64,000 nt of DNA, taken from IMG/VR virus record IMGVR_UViG_3300013104_000004, positions 19,484-83,483 of that record. The stretch is one strand, 5' to 3'. Positions within the stretch are counted from its first letter, which is position 1; every line of letters begins with the position of its first letter. Shown one piece after another: positions 26,053-35,870 of the stretch. A model generated the notes under the pieces. It did no database searches. It was not told the origin of the DNA and worked only from the letters and a program-made list of their open reading frames with translations. A program made the position numbers and the translations under genes. Source of the DNA: a virus.

Positions 26053-26549
26053 TCGAGATCCTCATCGAGCGTGACCCCGACAGCTTGACCGACGTCACGC
26101 TCTTCATCGACGGCGAGGAGGTCCCCGCCCGGGAGATCGACTACCGGCACATCGACCCCGGCGTCGGCTACCTGTTGTCGGAGTGGCGGGAGGACCGCGC
26201 CGACATCAAGGCGGCTGGCCACAGTCGCGCGTTCACCGCGGCGGCACTCGCAGCGCACGACGCGGCCGAGCGGTCCCCGTACATCGAGGATGACCTGGCC
26301 GAGCCGCTGTACGAGAAGTGCGCCGAGTGCCACCTCTTCGTCGAGCCGAACAGCTCGCACGACAGCGCGGACCCCGAGTACGCAGCCACGCTCGCCGAGT
26401 ACGTGCACCTGCATCGCGGCGACAAGGCGGACGACGAGCTCGACGCGAGCCACGAGGCCCGCCCTTCCGGCGAGATCGCCAACCTCACCCAGTGGCGCAT
26501 GTACGGCCCCGAGGCCATGCGCGCCCGCTTCAACCCACGAGAGGAGTGA
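26049..26549 (+). CDS. hypothetical protein
   Basis: GTGA coupling. Confidence 0.7.
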   Translation: MIEILIERDPDSLTDVTLFIDGEEVPAREIDYRHIDPGVGYLLSEWREDRADIKAAGHSRAFTAAALAAHDAAERSPYIEDDLAEPLYEKCAECHLFVEPNSSHDSADPEYAATLAEYVHLHRGDKADDELDASHEARPSGEIANLTQWRMYGPEAMRARFNPREE

Positions 26550-26553
26550 CCGC

Positions 26554-27378
26554 ATGGCCAACGTCGCATCTGGCGTCGCGCTGAGCTTCGGGCTCATCAC
26601 CGCGTCCGTGTCCATCCAGGCAGCCCTGGAGGCCAAGGCCAAGACGGGCAACGTCATGGTCTGCGACACCGGACACCCGCCGCACCAGATCCGCGCACCC
26701 CGCGTGTGTGACGAGTGCAACGGCGAGGTGCCCTACCAGCAGCTGAAGAAGGCACGGCCCGTCGACGGCGGGCTCGTGGTCCTGGAACGGGAGGAGATCG
26801 AGCAGGCGTCCGTCGACGCCACGAAGTTCAAGAAGAAGGCCGGTGTCACCGCGCACCCGGTCGAGCAGGTCCAGGTCCACACCGCGACCGGCGAGAAGAT
26901 GTACTACCTCACGCCCGACAAGGGCCACGAGGACGGGTACACGACGCTCCTGGCCCTGGTGCTGAACCACCCGGAGCTCGCGTTCGTCACGCAGTGGACG
27001 CCGCGCACCGCGCTGGGCCAGTTCCAGCTGATCGTCCACGACGGCGTGCTCGCCTTCCAGGAGCGCACCGAGTCAGCCGGTTCCGTCCGGCCGGCGCCCG
27101 TGCTCGACCTCACGGTGAACGACGCCCTGGTCGGGCTCGCTGAGCAGGTGCTGGCGATGCCCGCGTCTGTCAGCGACTACGACCCGGCGACGTACCGGGA
27201 CGGCTACGAGGACCGCCTGGCCGCGATCATCGCGGGCAAGGAGGTCGTGGCTGCCACGACGACGAGCGCCACACCCATCGCGCCCGCGTCCGACCTGATG
27301 GAGAAGCTCCGCGCCCAGGTCGCCGCGGCGGCCCCGGCGCCGAAGCGGCGGGCCACGAGGAAGAAGGTGGCCGCATGA
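26554..27378 (+). CDS. ku: Ku-like DNA end-binding protein
   Basis: LSFGLITASV...VPYQQLKKA...VVLEREEI...YYLTPD...YDPATYRDGY...DLMEKLRA; basic tail. Confidence 0.85.
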   Translation: MANVASGVALSFGLITASVSIQAALEAKAKTGNVMVCDTGHPPHQIRAPRVCDECNGEVPYQQLKKARPVDGGLVVLEREEIEQASVDATKFKKKAGVTAHPVEQVQVHTATGEKMYYLTPDKGHEDGYTTLLALVLNHPELAFVTQWTPRTALGQFQLIVHDGVLAFQERTESAGSVRPAPVLDLTVNDALVGLAEQVLAMPASVSDYDPATYRDGYEDRLAAIIAGKEVVAATTTSATPIAPASDLMEKLRAQVAAAAPAPKRRATRKKVAA

Positions 27379-27638
27379 GCATGACGACCGACGCGTACGC
27401 CTGCCGGTACGTGGTCGACGGCACCGACACCGACGGCACGGTGTGGAACCGATGCCTCGTCCATGACGAGCTGGCGCCCTCGAACGAGGCGCCATGCTCC
27501 GACGCCGGCGCCGACGATGCGGTGCGCAGGTGCCCTGAGTGCGACGCCGACATGCACCTCGTGCCCTACAACTTCAACGGCTTCGAGCACACCGACTGGG
27601 GCCTCGCCTGCACCGACTGCGACTACCACGACCTCTAG
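27375..27638 (+). CDS. small zinc-binding protein
   Basis: CPEC...CTDC. Confidence 0.7.
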   Translation: MSMTTDAYACRYVVDGTDTDGTVWNRCLVHDELAPSNEAPCSDAGADDAVRRCPECDADMHLVPYNFNGFEHTDWGLACTDCDYHDL

Positions 27639-27708
27639 GAGGACCCGATCTACCGTCTGATCCCGCGCGAGATCCGTGCGGACCTGCACGCCTACGAACA
27701 GGAGAGAC

Positions 27709-28608
27709 GTGATCCCCATCCAACCGATGCTCGCCTCGCCCAGCAGCGGAGCGAGCAACCGAAGACCGCTCGACCTCGGCCACCTCGCCACCGCCGGTGG
27801 CTGGGTCGCAGAGGAGAAGCTGGACGGCATCCGAGCCATCGTCGAGTCCGACGGTGGCTCGACTCGTATCTGGAACCGGAGCGGCGTCGACATCAGCGAC
27901 CGCTTCCCTGAGATCGCCCGGCAGCGGCTGCTCCCCGTCGTGCTCGACGGGGAGATCGTCGCGACGGACGGCCTCTTCCAGACCGTCGCCACGCGCGACA
28001 AGCAGACGAGCGGGTACGGGGCGGCCGCGCGCCGCAACCCGTGCCGCTTCGTCGCGTTCGACCTGCTCGCCTCGCACGACGAGCCCCTGACGCACCTGCC
28101 CTACAAGATGCGCCGCCAGCTGCTGCGCGGCGTGTGCGGCAACCGGCGCACGGTGCGCCCGGTGCGGCAGTCGGGGAACATCCTCGCCCTCTGGGACGAG
28201 GTGCTGACTGCCGGCGGCGAGGGCGTCATCTGCAAGCAGCTGAACTCGGTCTACCTGCCCGGCGCCCGCGCCAGCTCGTGGGTCAAGTTCAAGGCCGTGC
28301 AGCGCCTGACGGCAGTCGCCGTCGGGTACGAGCACGGGCTCAACCGCGACTTCGGAGCGATCCGGCTCGCGCTCATCGGCAACGACGGTCCGATCCCCAT
28401 CGGGAAGGTCGGCACCGGCTGGAAGGAGAAGCACGGCAAGCAGATGCAGGCGCGCCTCGACGCCCAGGAGATCTTCCTGGTGGAGATCGAGGCCCTGAAC
28501 CGCACTGCCGACAACGCGCTGCGCTTCCCGGTCTTCCGGGGCGAGCGCACAGACCTGGACCTGACCGCGGCCAGCGCCGACCAGCTCGCGCTGCTGCCCA
28601 TCTACTGA
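27709..28608 (+). CDS. ATP-dependent DNA ligase (minimal NTase plus OB fold)
   Basis: EEKLDGIR (motif I), LDGEIV, FVAFDLL, EGVICK, WVKFK, LRFPVF. Confidence 0.92.
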   Translation: MIPIQPMLASPSSGASNRRPLDLGHLATAGGWVAEEKLDGIRAIVESDGGSTRIWNRSGVDISDRFPEIARQRLLPVVLDGEIVATDGLFQTVATRDKQTSGYGAAARRNPCRFVAFDLLASHDEPLTHLPYKMRRQLLRGVCGNRRTVRPVRQSGNILALWDEVLTAGGEGVICKQLNSVYLPGARASSWVKFKAVQRLTAVAVGYEHGLNRDFGAIRLALIGNDGPIPIGKVGTGWKEKHGKQMQARLDAQEIFLVEIEALNRTADNALRFPVFRGERTDLDLTAASADQLALLPIY

Positions 28609-28618
28609 GGAGGAAGCG

Positions 28619-28855
28619 ATGGCGACGTACGGCGTCGAGATCGGCCACGACGTCCGGCGCTGGACCACCTACAGCGTTACCGACCCGACCGACGAGGAGC
28701 TGGCCACGCTGCGCGAGGGCGCCGACGAGGCGGTGGACCTCCTGCAGAGGATGGAGGCCGCCGGTCGGGCTGAGGGCGCCGGCTGGACGGACGAGGAGAA
28801 CCCTGACCCGTTCGACTGGGACCTGGACCCCGCCGTCGTGAGCGTCGAGGGCTGA
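28619..28855 (+). CDS. hypothetical protein
   Basis: GGAGG RBS. Confidence 0.7.
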   Translation: MATYGVEIGHDVRRWTTYSVTDPTDEELATLREGADEAVDLLQRMEAAGRAEGAGWTDEENPDPFDWDLDPAVVSVEG

Positions 28856-29094
28856 TGCCGCGCCCCCCGAAGCAGTACGGCGTGCTGCTGTCCTGCGCGC
28901 CGATGGACCGCGACGACATCGACCGGCAGGTCGACGGACCGTTCGCCACCCGCGCCGAGGCGACCAGCTACGGCATCTCGGCCACGCGCTCCGGCATCGA
29001 GTACGAGGTCATGTCCCGCGTCCGCAACAACGACCCCTGGCGCTCCCTGCGCCACGAAAGCATCGCCGACGTCATCCGCCGGCGCTGGCAGTAA
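28855..29094 (+). CDS. hypothetical protein
   Basis: TGATG coupling. Confidence 0.65.
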   Translation: MPRPPKQYGVLLSCAPMDRDDIDRQVDGPFATRAEATSYGISATRSGIEYEVMSRVRNNDPWRSLRHESIADVIRRRWQ

Positions 29095-29116
29095 CCCTTC
29101 ACAGAGAGGCATCCCC

Positions 29117-29377
29117 ATGGCGACTGACGCCAACGAGGTCGAGATCGAGACGACCAAGCTCTACGGCACCGGCATGAACCCCGAGGTGGAGAAGTTCCCC
29201 GTCGTCATCGACGCGATCGACGGGTCCAGTTCACGGACCTTCCACCTCACCGTCTCCGCAGCCGAAGAGCTGCGCAACGCCATCGACGACGCGCTCCACC
29301 AGGTGGAGTACCGCACCTTCGACGAGCCCGACCCCGACGTCGCGCACGACCGAGCACGAGAGGACGCCTGCTGGTGA
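29117..29377 (+). CDS. hypothetical protein
   Basis: GAGG RBS. Confidence 0.7.
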   Translation: MATDANEVEIETTKLYGTGMNPEVEKFPVVIDAIDGSSSRTFHLTVSAAEELRNAIDDALHQVEYRTFDEPDPDVAHDRAREDACW

Positions 29378-29468
29378 ACGCGAGCAAGCCGGCCTTCGAG
29401 AGCGCCAACGAGCGCTTCGTCGCCAAGAACATCAACCCCCAGCCCAAGCGGAAGGACCCCAAGAACCC

Positions 29469-30623
29469 ATGAGCACCCTGCACACCGACTTCGCCGCCGT
29501 CCAGGCGGAGCTGAACGCCGAGTTCCCCGAGCGTCGCGACGCGGTCGAGGTCCTGACCCTCGCGCTCCTGACGGGGCAGCACTCGTTCCTGCTGGGCCCT
29601 CCCGGCACCGGCAAGTCCAAGCTCGCCCGCCGCTTCGTCGAGCACTTCCCGGGCGCGCGCTACTTCGAGACGCTGCTCTCGAAGAACCGCCCCGACGCCG
29701 CGGTGCTCGGCCCGTACGACATGGCCAAGCTGCGCGAGGAGAGCGCGTTCGTCCGCAAGGACGAGGGCTACCTCACGTCGGTGGACGTCTCGTTCATCGA
29801 CGAGATCGGCAAGATGTCCCCGACGTCGGGCCACGACATCCTGGCCGCGCTGAACGAGCGCATCAAGCACGAGGTCAGCAACGGTCGCTCCGCGCACCGG
29901 ATCCCGCTGCACTCGGTCATCACGGCGAGCAACGAGCTGCCGGCGGCCGAGTCCGAGGACGCCGCCGCGATGTGGGACCGGCTGCTGTTCCGCACCACGG
30001 TCGACTACATCGTCGGCAACACCGACTTCCAGACGATGCTGTCGGCCGTCGACGGCCCCATCGGCACGACGATCCCCTGGCCGCAGGTGCTGTACGTGGC
30101 CGAGGAGGTCCGGGACGTGAAGCTCACGACCGAGACGCTCGACGCCGTGGTCGCGCTGCGCGACACCTTCCGGCAGGAGGGCCTGTCCGTCAGCGACCGC
30201 CGCTGGCGGGACTCGATGGCCGCGGTCCGCGCCACCGCGTGGCTGCGCGGGTCGGACTCCACCGAGCCCGACGACCTCTACGCCCTGCGCTTCACGCACT
30301 GGGACAACGTCGAGACCATCGGCAAGGTCGCCCGCATCATCCTCGGGCTGATCTCCCCGGAGAACGAGGAGATCGCGACGCTGGCTGACGACGCCGCGGC
30401 GCTGGAGGCCGAGCTGGAGTCTCGCAAGGGCGAGGCGCGCGAGAAGATCAGGGCGTTCCTGGTCGAGGCCGGCGGGAAGAAGACGCAGGCGCAGGAGCAC
30501 ATCGTGGCGCTGCGCACGAAGGTCACCGCGCCCCGCCAGCTGGCCGAGCTCGACCGGCTCAACGAGCGCCTCGACGCCTTCCTGGCGCGCGGCAAGAGGC
30601 TCGCGGGCCTGGACAAGCTCTGA
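29469..30623 (+). CDS. MoxR/RavA-like AAA+ ATPase
   Basis: GPPGTGKS, FIDEIGK, ASNELP, DRLLFR, SDRRW. Confidence 0.88.
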   Translation: MSTLHTDFAAVQAELNAEFPERRDAVEVLTLALLTGQHSFLLGPPGTGKSKLARRFVEHFPGARYFETLLSKNRPDAAVLGPYDMAKLREESAFVRKDEGYLTSVDVSFIDEIGKMSPTSGHDILAALNERIKHEVSNGRSAHRIPLHSVITASNELPAAESEDAAAMWDRLLFRTTVDYIVGNTDFQTMLSAVDGPIGTTIPWPQVLYVAEEVRDVKLTTETLDAVVALRDTFRQEGLSVSDRRWRDSMAAVRATAWLRGSDSTEPDDLYALRFTHWDNVETIGKVARIILGLISPENEEIATLADDAAALEAELESRKGEAREKIRAFLVEAGGKKTQAQEHIVALRTKVTAPRQLAELDRLNERLDAFLARGKRLAGLDKL

Positions 30624-30862
30624 TGGCCGGGCGTTCGTTCATCCCCTTCGAGGCCATGACCGACGCACAGCAGGTCGAGCACCTTGTCGTGGCGCACGCC
30701 CTCGACGCGGAGTATTTCGACGACGGCCGCGACCCGCGCGCGTACTTCGCCGGGCTCACGGCCAGGGAGCGCGTCGCGTACTGGCACGACGCCGACCACG
30801 TCGAGGACCCCGAGGTGCTCGGCGACAGGCTCCGTCACGACCACGACAAGGAGGTGCGTTGA
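30623..30862 (+). CDS. hypothetical protein
   Basis: coupled between the AAA and VWA genes; EHLVVAH...WHDADH. Confidence 0.7.
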   Translation: MAGRSFIPFEAMTDAQQVEHLVVAHALDAEYFDDGRDPRAYFAGLTARERVAYWHDADHVEDPEVLGDRLRHDHDKEVR

Positions 30863-32325
30863 TGTTCGGCTGGAGCGATGAGGAGGAGCACGACGACGCC
30901 GTCCCGCACGACCGCTTCGACCAGATGTCGTGGAACGGCATGCGCATGGAGTCCATCTCGATCGACGAGATGGTCAACGAGCTGTCCGTGAAGTACGACC
31001 ACGTCGAGGACTTCGCGCAGGACGTCTACTCGCTCCTGGCCAAGGGCGACCCGCGCGTGCGGGAGCCCGAGGAGATGAGCCTGTCGCACGTCCCGCTGCG
31101 CCAGGTCACCGACGAACTGCAGGACCTCACTGAGCTGAAGCGGCTCCGCACCTGGACCGTCGGCGACCCGTTCAACGCGGCCCTCGCCCTCGGATCCATG
31201 AAGGAGGCGCTGCAGGGCTCGCTCGAACGGGCAGCCCAGCTGAAGGGGCAGGCCGAGGCAGCGCAGGCCGCCAGAGACGCCGCACGACAGGCCGCGCAGG
31301 AGGCGGCTGACAACCCCGGAGATCCCGGGGCCGGCGAGGCCGCAGAGCAGGCGTCGGCAGCCGCCCAGGCCGCCGCTGACCACCTGCAGGCAGGTGCCGA
31401 GCAGCAGGCAGCCGAGGGCGCCCAGGCCATGCGCAAGGCCGTGAAGGACGCGCGCGAGGAGGTCGAGGAGGTCAACGAGTCGGCCGCCTCGTACGGCCTG
31501 GAGCCGGGGGAGTTCCAGCGCATGCCGGCCAAGGAGCGGTTCGCTCTGGCGCGCCGGCTGCAGTCCGAGAAGCTGCGGAAGTTCGCAGCGCTCATCGGGC
31601 AGTTCCGCCAGCTGGCGGCCGCCGAGTGGCGCCGCCGGTACAACGACGGCTCCGACGAACAGGTCGGTATCAAGCTCGGTGACGACCTCACCAGGCTCAC
31701 CGGCCAGGAGCTCATCAACATGGCCACACCCGAGCTGGAGGACGACTTCTGGCGCCGGTTCGTGGACAAGGAGCTGTGGGTCAAGGAGCTGCGGGGACGC
31801 GAGCGGGTCGGCAAGGGCCCGATCATCGTGGTCGCTGACGAGTCCGGCTCGATGGCCGACGAGGGCGAGCTCTGGGCCAAGGGCCTGGCGCTCGCGCTGC
31901 TCGACCAGGCGGGCCGCGGCAAGCGGGACTTCCACTACATCGGGTTCGCATCGGGCCCGCTGCGGGAGTTCTCGTTCCCCGGCGGGAAGGCCGACGTCGA
32001 CAAGGTCATCGAGATGGCCGAGGGCTTCCTCAACGGCGGCACGGACTTCGCGCGGCCGTTGCGGCGGGCGCTCGACCTGGCCATCGCCGCCGGCAAGGAA
32101 CGCCCCGACATCGTCTTCATCACCGACGGCGTCGCGGGCTCGCTCCCGTTCCTCGAAGAGTGGCGCCAGGTGCGCCACGAGCTCTCCATCCGCTGCTACG
32201 GGATCTTCGTCGCGACCGGCGGGTACGGCCTCCCTAGCGAGGTGCTCGAAGAGATCGCCGACGACGTCCGCACCATCGCGGACGTCACCAACACGTCGCA
32301 GGTCGCGGACATCCTCCGCGGCTGA
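30862..32325 (+). CDS. VWA-domain protein (ViaA/CoxE-like)
   Basis: MIDAS DESGSM, GGTDF, IVFITDG. Confidence 0.88.
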   Translation: MFGWSDEEEHDDAVPHDRFDQMSWNGMRMESISIDEMVNELSVKYDHVEDFAQDVYSLLAKGDPRVREPEEMSLSHVPLRQVTDELQDLTELKRLRTWTVGDPFNAALALGSMKEALQGSLERAAQLKGQAEAAQAARDAARQAAQEAADNPGDPGAGEAAEQASAAAQAAADHLQAGAEQQAAEGAQAMRKAVKDAREEVEEVNESAASYGLEPGEFQRMPAKERFALARRLQSEKLRKFAALIGQFRQLAAAEWRRRYNDGSDEQVGIKLGDDLTRLTGQELINMATPELEDDFWRRFVDKELWVKELRGRERVGKGPIIVVADESGSMADEGELWAKGLALALLDQAGRGKRDFHYIGFASGPLREFSFPGGKADVDKVIEMAEGFLNGGTDFARPLRRALDLAIAAGKERPDIVFITDGVAGSLPFLEEWRQVRHELSIRCYGIFVATGGYGLPSEVLEEIADDVRTIADVTNTSQVADILRG

Positions 32326-32335
32326 CACCACGCCC

Positions 32336-32372
32336 ACGAAGGGGGCTGCCCATACCGGGTGGCCCCCTTCGT
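32336..32372 (+). terminator. hairpin terminator
   Basis: ACGAAGGGGGCTGCCC/GGGTGGCCCCCTTCGT. Confidence 0.55.
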
Positions 32373-32393
32373 CATACCCCCGAAAGGAACCTC

Positions 32394-33371
32394 GTGACCA
32401 CGCTCTCCGACTACGTCGACGGCGCAGGCGACCTGCCCCTGCTCGGCACGATCTGCATCAACACGACCTACGACGGCAGCTACGAGGTCGAGCTCGTCCA
32501 GGAGGTCTTCCAGGCCGAGGGGCTCGACACGAGCTTCATCCCGTCGCCGTCCGGCGCGAAGGACGCGTTCTCGAAGGCGATCACCAACCACAAGGAGACC
32601 AGCTACGTCCTGAGCAACGGGCACAAGGTCTCGATCATGCTCCGCGAGATGGACTCGTCGAACCCCACCGAGTACGCGGTGCGCGCGCTGGTGCGCGAGG
32701 AGCGCTCGACCAACGGCGAGTCGCTCTTCTACGACAACATCGGGGAGATCAAGCACTACCACGGCGTGCGCCGCGGAGCCGGCCGCCAGGTCGACGACAC
32801 CGCCGCCCGCCTCTACTGGGGGCTGGCCGCGAACAGCGACACCCTGGCCCTGTCCGACGAGGAGCGCGCGAAGATCCGCAACGTCGCCATCCGCGTCCAC
32901 AACGACTACCAGCGCTACCGCAGTTCGCTCGACGGCAAGAAGGTCCGGGCCATGGTCACGAGCTACCTGCGCCACCTCGACGCCATCAAGCTGAAGGACT
33001 CGGTCTACTTCGTCCCCGTCGCACACAGCGAGTCCGTCCGCGCGCTGCGCGTCGCCGTCTCCCACTTCGGCGAGTGCACGCTCGACGGCATCCCGCTCGT
33101 CGACTTCCAGGACCAGCGAGACCTCATCATCCGCACGTTCCAGGCCGATACCGACGACGCCATGAGCACGCTCGCTGGCCAGCTGCAGCAGGCGCGCGCC
33201 AACCCGTCCGCCGCCACATACGAGAGACTGCGCAAGCAGTACGACGAGCTCACCACCCGCACCCGCACCTACACCAGCACGCTCGGCGATTCCGTCGCCA
33301 AGACGACTGGCTCTCACGAGATCGTGAAGGCCGCGCTCGTCGCCCTCCAGACGGAACTGCTGGGCGGATGA
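32394..33371 (+). CDS. hypothetical protein associated with the AAA/VWA module
   Basis: DAFSKA...SVYFVP; C-terminal coiled coil. Confidence 0.75.
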   Translation: MTTLSDYVDGAGDLPLLGTICINTTYDGSYEVELVQEVFQAEGLDTSFIPSPSGAKDAFSKAITNHKETSYVLSNGHKVSIMLREMDSSNPTEYAVRALVREERSTNGESLFYDNIGEIKHYHGVRRGAGRQVDDTAARLYWGLAANSDTLALSDEERAKIRNVAIRVHNDYQRYRSSLDGKKVRAMVTSYLRHLDAIKLKDSVYFVPVAHSESVRALRVAVSHFGECTLDGIPLVDFQDQRDLIIRTFQADTDDAMSTLAGQLQQARANPSAATYERLRKQYDELTTRTRTYTSTLGDSVAKTTGSHEIVKAALVALQTELLGG

Positions 33372-33385
33372 GAAGGGGATCCGAC

Positions 33386-33883
33386 ATGACCAACCACCGC
33401 GCCTCCGCCGCCGTCCAGGACGTCCTGGATGCGGCCGCCATGCTCGGCCTCGCGTTCTCCAACGTGAAGCCCGGCACCCGCCTCGCCGCCCTGCGAGACA
33501 GCCTCAGCGGGCTGCAGCAGAAGCTCTCCCGCGTCGAGGCGATCCTCGCGATGGACGAGGACATCCGGCTGACCTTCGACGAGGGCACCGAGTTCACCAG
33601 CGACGAGCTGCGCGAGCTGTCCGAGCTGGAGAAGGCGGTCGCGTTCTCGCTGCCCGACAAGCTCCCCGGGCAGATCGACGCGCGCGTGCTCGACGGCCGC
33701 GTCATCGCCGGCCAGCTGCAGCAGGCGCTCGACGGGCGTCGCATCGACATCGTCTGGGACTCCACGGCGCGTGTCGGGCACGTCAACATCGGCCCGCTGC
33801 TGGCCGACCTCGTCGAGCAGATCGACCCCCACGGTGAGGACGTCCCCGGCTTCTGGGCCGACGACGAGGAGGACGAGGCGTGA
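33386..33883 (+). CDS. hypothetical protein
   Basis: AAGGGG RBS; codon bias. Confidence 0.7.
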   Translation: MTNHRASAAVQDVLDAAAMLGLAFSNVKPGTRLAALRDSLSGLQQKLSRVEAILAMDEDIRLTFDEGTEFTSDELRELSELEKAVAFSLPDKLPGQIDARVLDGRVIAGQLQQALDGRRIDIVWDSTARVGHVNIGPLLADLVEQIDPHGEDVPGFWADDEEDEA

Positions 33884-34067
33884 CGCTCGAAGATGCCGTC
33901 GAGGCCCTCCGGGAGCGAGGCTTCGGCTACGACCGGCTTGACCAGCTCGCCTGGGACTTCCTCGCGGAGGAGTGCGACGGCCCGACCCGTACCGCCTTCA
34001 TCGACTTCCTGCTGCGCGCCGACGCCTGACGTCGCGCGCCCCCCCTACTGAACGGAGACCACACCGC

Positions 34068-35096
34068 ATGAACACCCGAGCCGTGATCGAGAAGCGACTG
34101 CAGTCCATGCCTGGCCCGAAGAGCGGCGAGAAGCTCTTCGAGGGCACCACCTACCCCCGCGAGTGGGACGAGTACGTCGGTCAGGACGAGGCCAAGCGCT
34201 ACCTGCGCGCGTCGTGCGTCTCCGCCAAGATGCGCCAGGAGCGCCTGGAGCACGTGCTCATCGCGACCGGCCACGCCGGCATCGGCAAGACCGCGATCGC
34301 GAAGCTCACGGCCGCCGAGATGGGCGTCGGGATGGTCGAGGTCCAGGGCTCGATCTCCGAGGCCGAGGCGCTGCGGATCTTCGCCAGCATGAGCGACGGC
34401 GACATCCTCTTCTGGGACGAGATCCACCAGGCCGTCGCCGGCGGCAAGGCCAAGGCCGAGTGGCTACTGCCCGTGCTGCAGGACGGCGTGATGATCTCCA
34501 GCCGCGGCGTCACCCCGATCCCCGACATCACCATCGTCGGGGCCACCACCGACATCCAGAAGCTGCCCGAGACGATCATCGATCGGTTCGTCGTCAAGCC
34601 CGCCATGGAGGAGTACACGGACGAGCAGGCGCTGACCATCGCGCAGGTCACCTCGAAGAAGATCTTCCGCGGCCTGCAGCTCCCGTTGCCCGACGAGCAC
34701 ACGTGCGCCGTCGTGGCCCGCGCGGCCAACAACAACCCCCGCTCGATCACCGCGCTGATGCGCACGCTGCGCGACTCCGCCCTGTCGGAGAACGCCATCG
34801 TCACCCCCGCGGGCCTCTACTCCACGGACGCGATGTTCCGCTGGACCGGCATCACGCCGGACGGCCTGGACAAGCTCGCGCAGGACTACCTGGAGGTGCT
34901 GCACGTCCAGTTCTCTGGCAAGGGCGGCGAGAAGTCCATCGCGGCCGCGCTGGGCGAGCCGACGCCCCCGCGCCACACCGAGAAGCTCCTCATCCGCAAG
35001 GGCTTCATGCGCATCATGCCTGGCGGCCGCGAGCTGACCGCCGAGGGCATGGACCGCGCCCACCAGGTCCTCGTCGACCGCGGCTACGACATCTGA
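34068..35096 (+). CDS. ruvB: RuvB-like Holliday junction branch-migration ATPase
   Basis: PREWDEYVGQ, GHAGIGKT, ILFWDEIH, VGATT, DRF; C-terminal winged-helix 'EKLLI...GGRELT'. Confidence 0.85.
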   Translation: MNTRAVIEKRLQSMPGPKSGEKLFEGTTYPREWDEYVGQDEAKRYLRASCVSAKMRQERLEHVLIATGHAGIGKTAIAKLTAAEMGVGMVEVQGSISEAEALRIFASMSDGDILFWDEIHQAVAGGKAKAEWLLPVLQDGVMISSRGVTPIPDITIVGATTDIQKLPETIIDRFVVKPAMEEYTDEQALTIAQVTSKKIFRGLQLPLPDEHTCAVVARAANNNPRSITALMRTLRDSALSENAIVTPAGLYSTDAMFRWTGITPDGLDKLAQDYLEVLHVQFSGKGGEKSIAAALGEPTPPRHTEKLLIRKGFMRIMPGGRELTAEGMDRAHQVLVDRGYDI

Positions 35097-35110
35097 GAGG
35101 AGGCCACACC

Positions 35111-35347
35111 GTGGCCCAGAACGTCCAGTCGTTCGCGTTCATCCGTCGCACCCAGAACCCCGACATCAAGGAGGAGCCGATCCCGCTCATGCCGCGCAGC
35201 ACGAAGAACTACGTGCGCCGGCCGAAGGCCAAACCCACCGCGCGCGAGCAGCTCATCGCCCGCCTGCGCGTCCAGTACCCAGGCGTCGACGCCGAGGGCA
35301 TCGCGGACCTCGCGATCGCCACGCTGGGCACTAGCCCACGCACCTGA
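35111..35347 (+). CDS. hypothetical protein
   Basis: GGAGG RBS and GTG. Confidence 0.6.
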   Translation: MAQNVQSFAFIRRTQNPDIKEEPIPLMPRSTKNYVRRPKAKPTAREQLIARLRVQYPGVDAEGIADLAIATLGTSPRT

Positions 35348-35427
35348 TCTGTCTGCCTTTCTGTCTGTCTGAAATCCAGGCGGTCACCACCCGGTGGCCG
35401 CCTTCTTCGTGCCCCAAGGAGGACCCC

Positions 35428-35853
35428 ATGACGTACCCCCAGACCCCCGCCCCCGTCCCGCCGGTCGCCAAGAAGCGCCGCTGGCCCTGGGTCGTCGGCG
35501 GCCTCGCCGTGCTCTTCGTCGGCGTCGCGATCGGCAGCTCGGGCAGCGACGACAAGGCCGCGCCCGAGCCGGCGGCGACCACCACGCCCGTCACCGCGCC
35601 GGCGCCCGAGCCGGTCGTCGAGCCCGCCGAGGACCCGACGACGGAGTCCGCGGTGCCCGGCCTCGACCAGGTCGAGCTCCAGACCCTCGCCCTGAAGATG
35701 ACGCTGCGGCAGTCGGACAACCTGGAGCAGCTCTGCACCGCCTACGACACGCTTGGGCTGGACGCGACCGCGGCCCTCGTGAACGGCGAACTCGACCCCG
35801 CCGACCAGTTCTCCACGGCCGCGATCGAGGCGTCGTTCGAGGCGATGTGCTGA
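35428..35853 (+). CDS. membrane-anchored protein
   Basis: KKRRWPW plus a transmembrane segment, Pro/Thr linker, two Cys. Confidence 0.8.
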   Translation: MTYPQTPAPVPPVAKKRRWPWVVGGLAVLFVGVAIGSSGSDDKAAPEPAATTTPVTAPAPEPVVEPAEDPTTESAVPGLDQVELQTLALKMTLRQSDNLEQLCTAYDTLGLDATAALVNGELDPADQFSTAAIEASFEAMC

Positions 35854-35870
35854 TGGGGGAGGATGCGGGC

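Noticed and set aside
35348-35372. TCTG microsatellite-like run
   Set aside because: Short and imperfect; no evidence of phase variation
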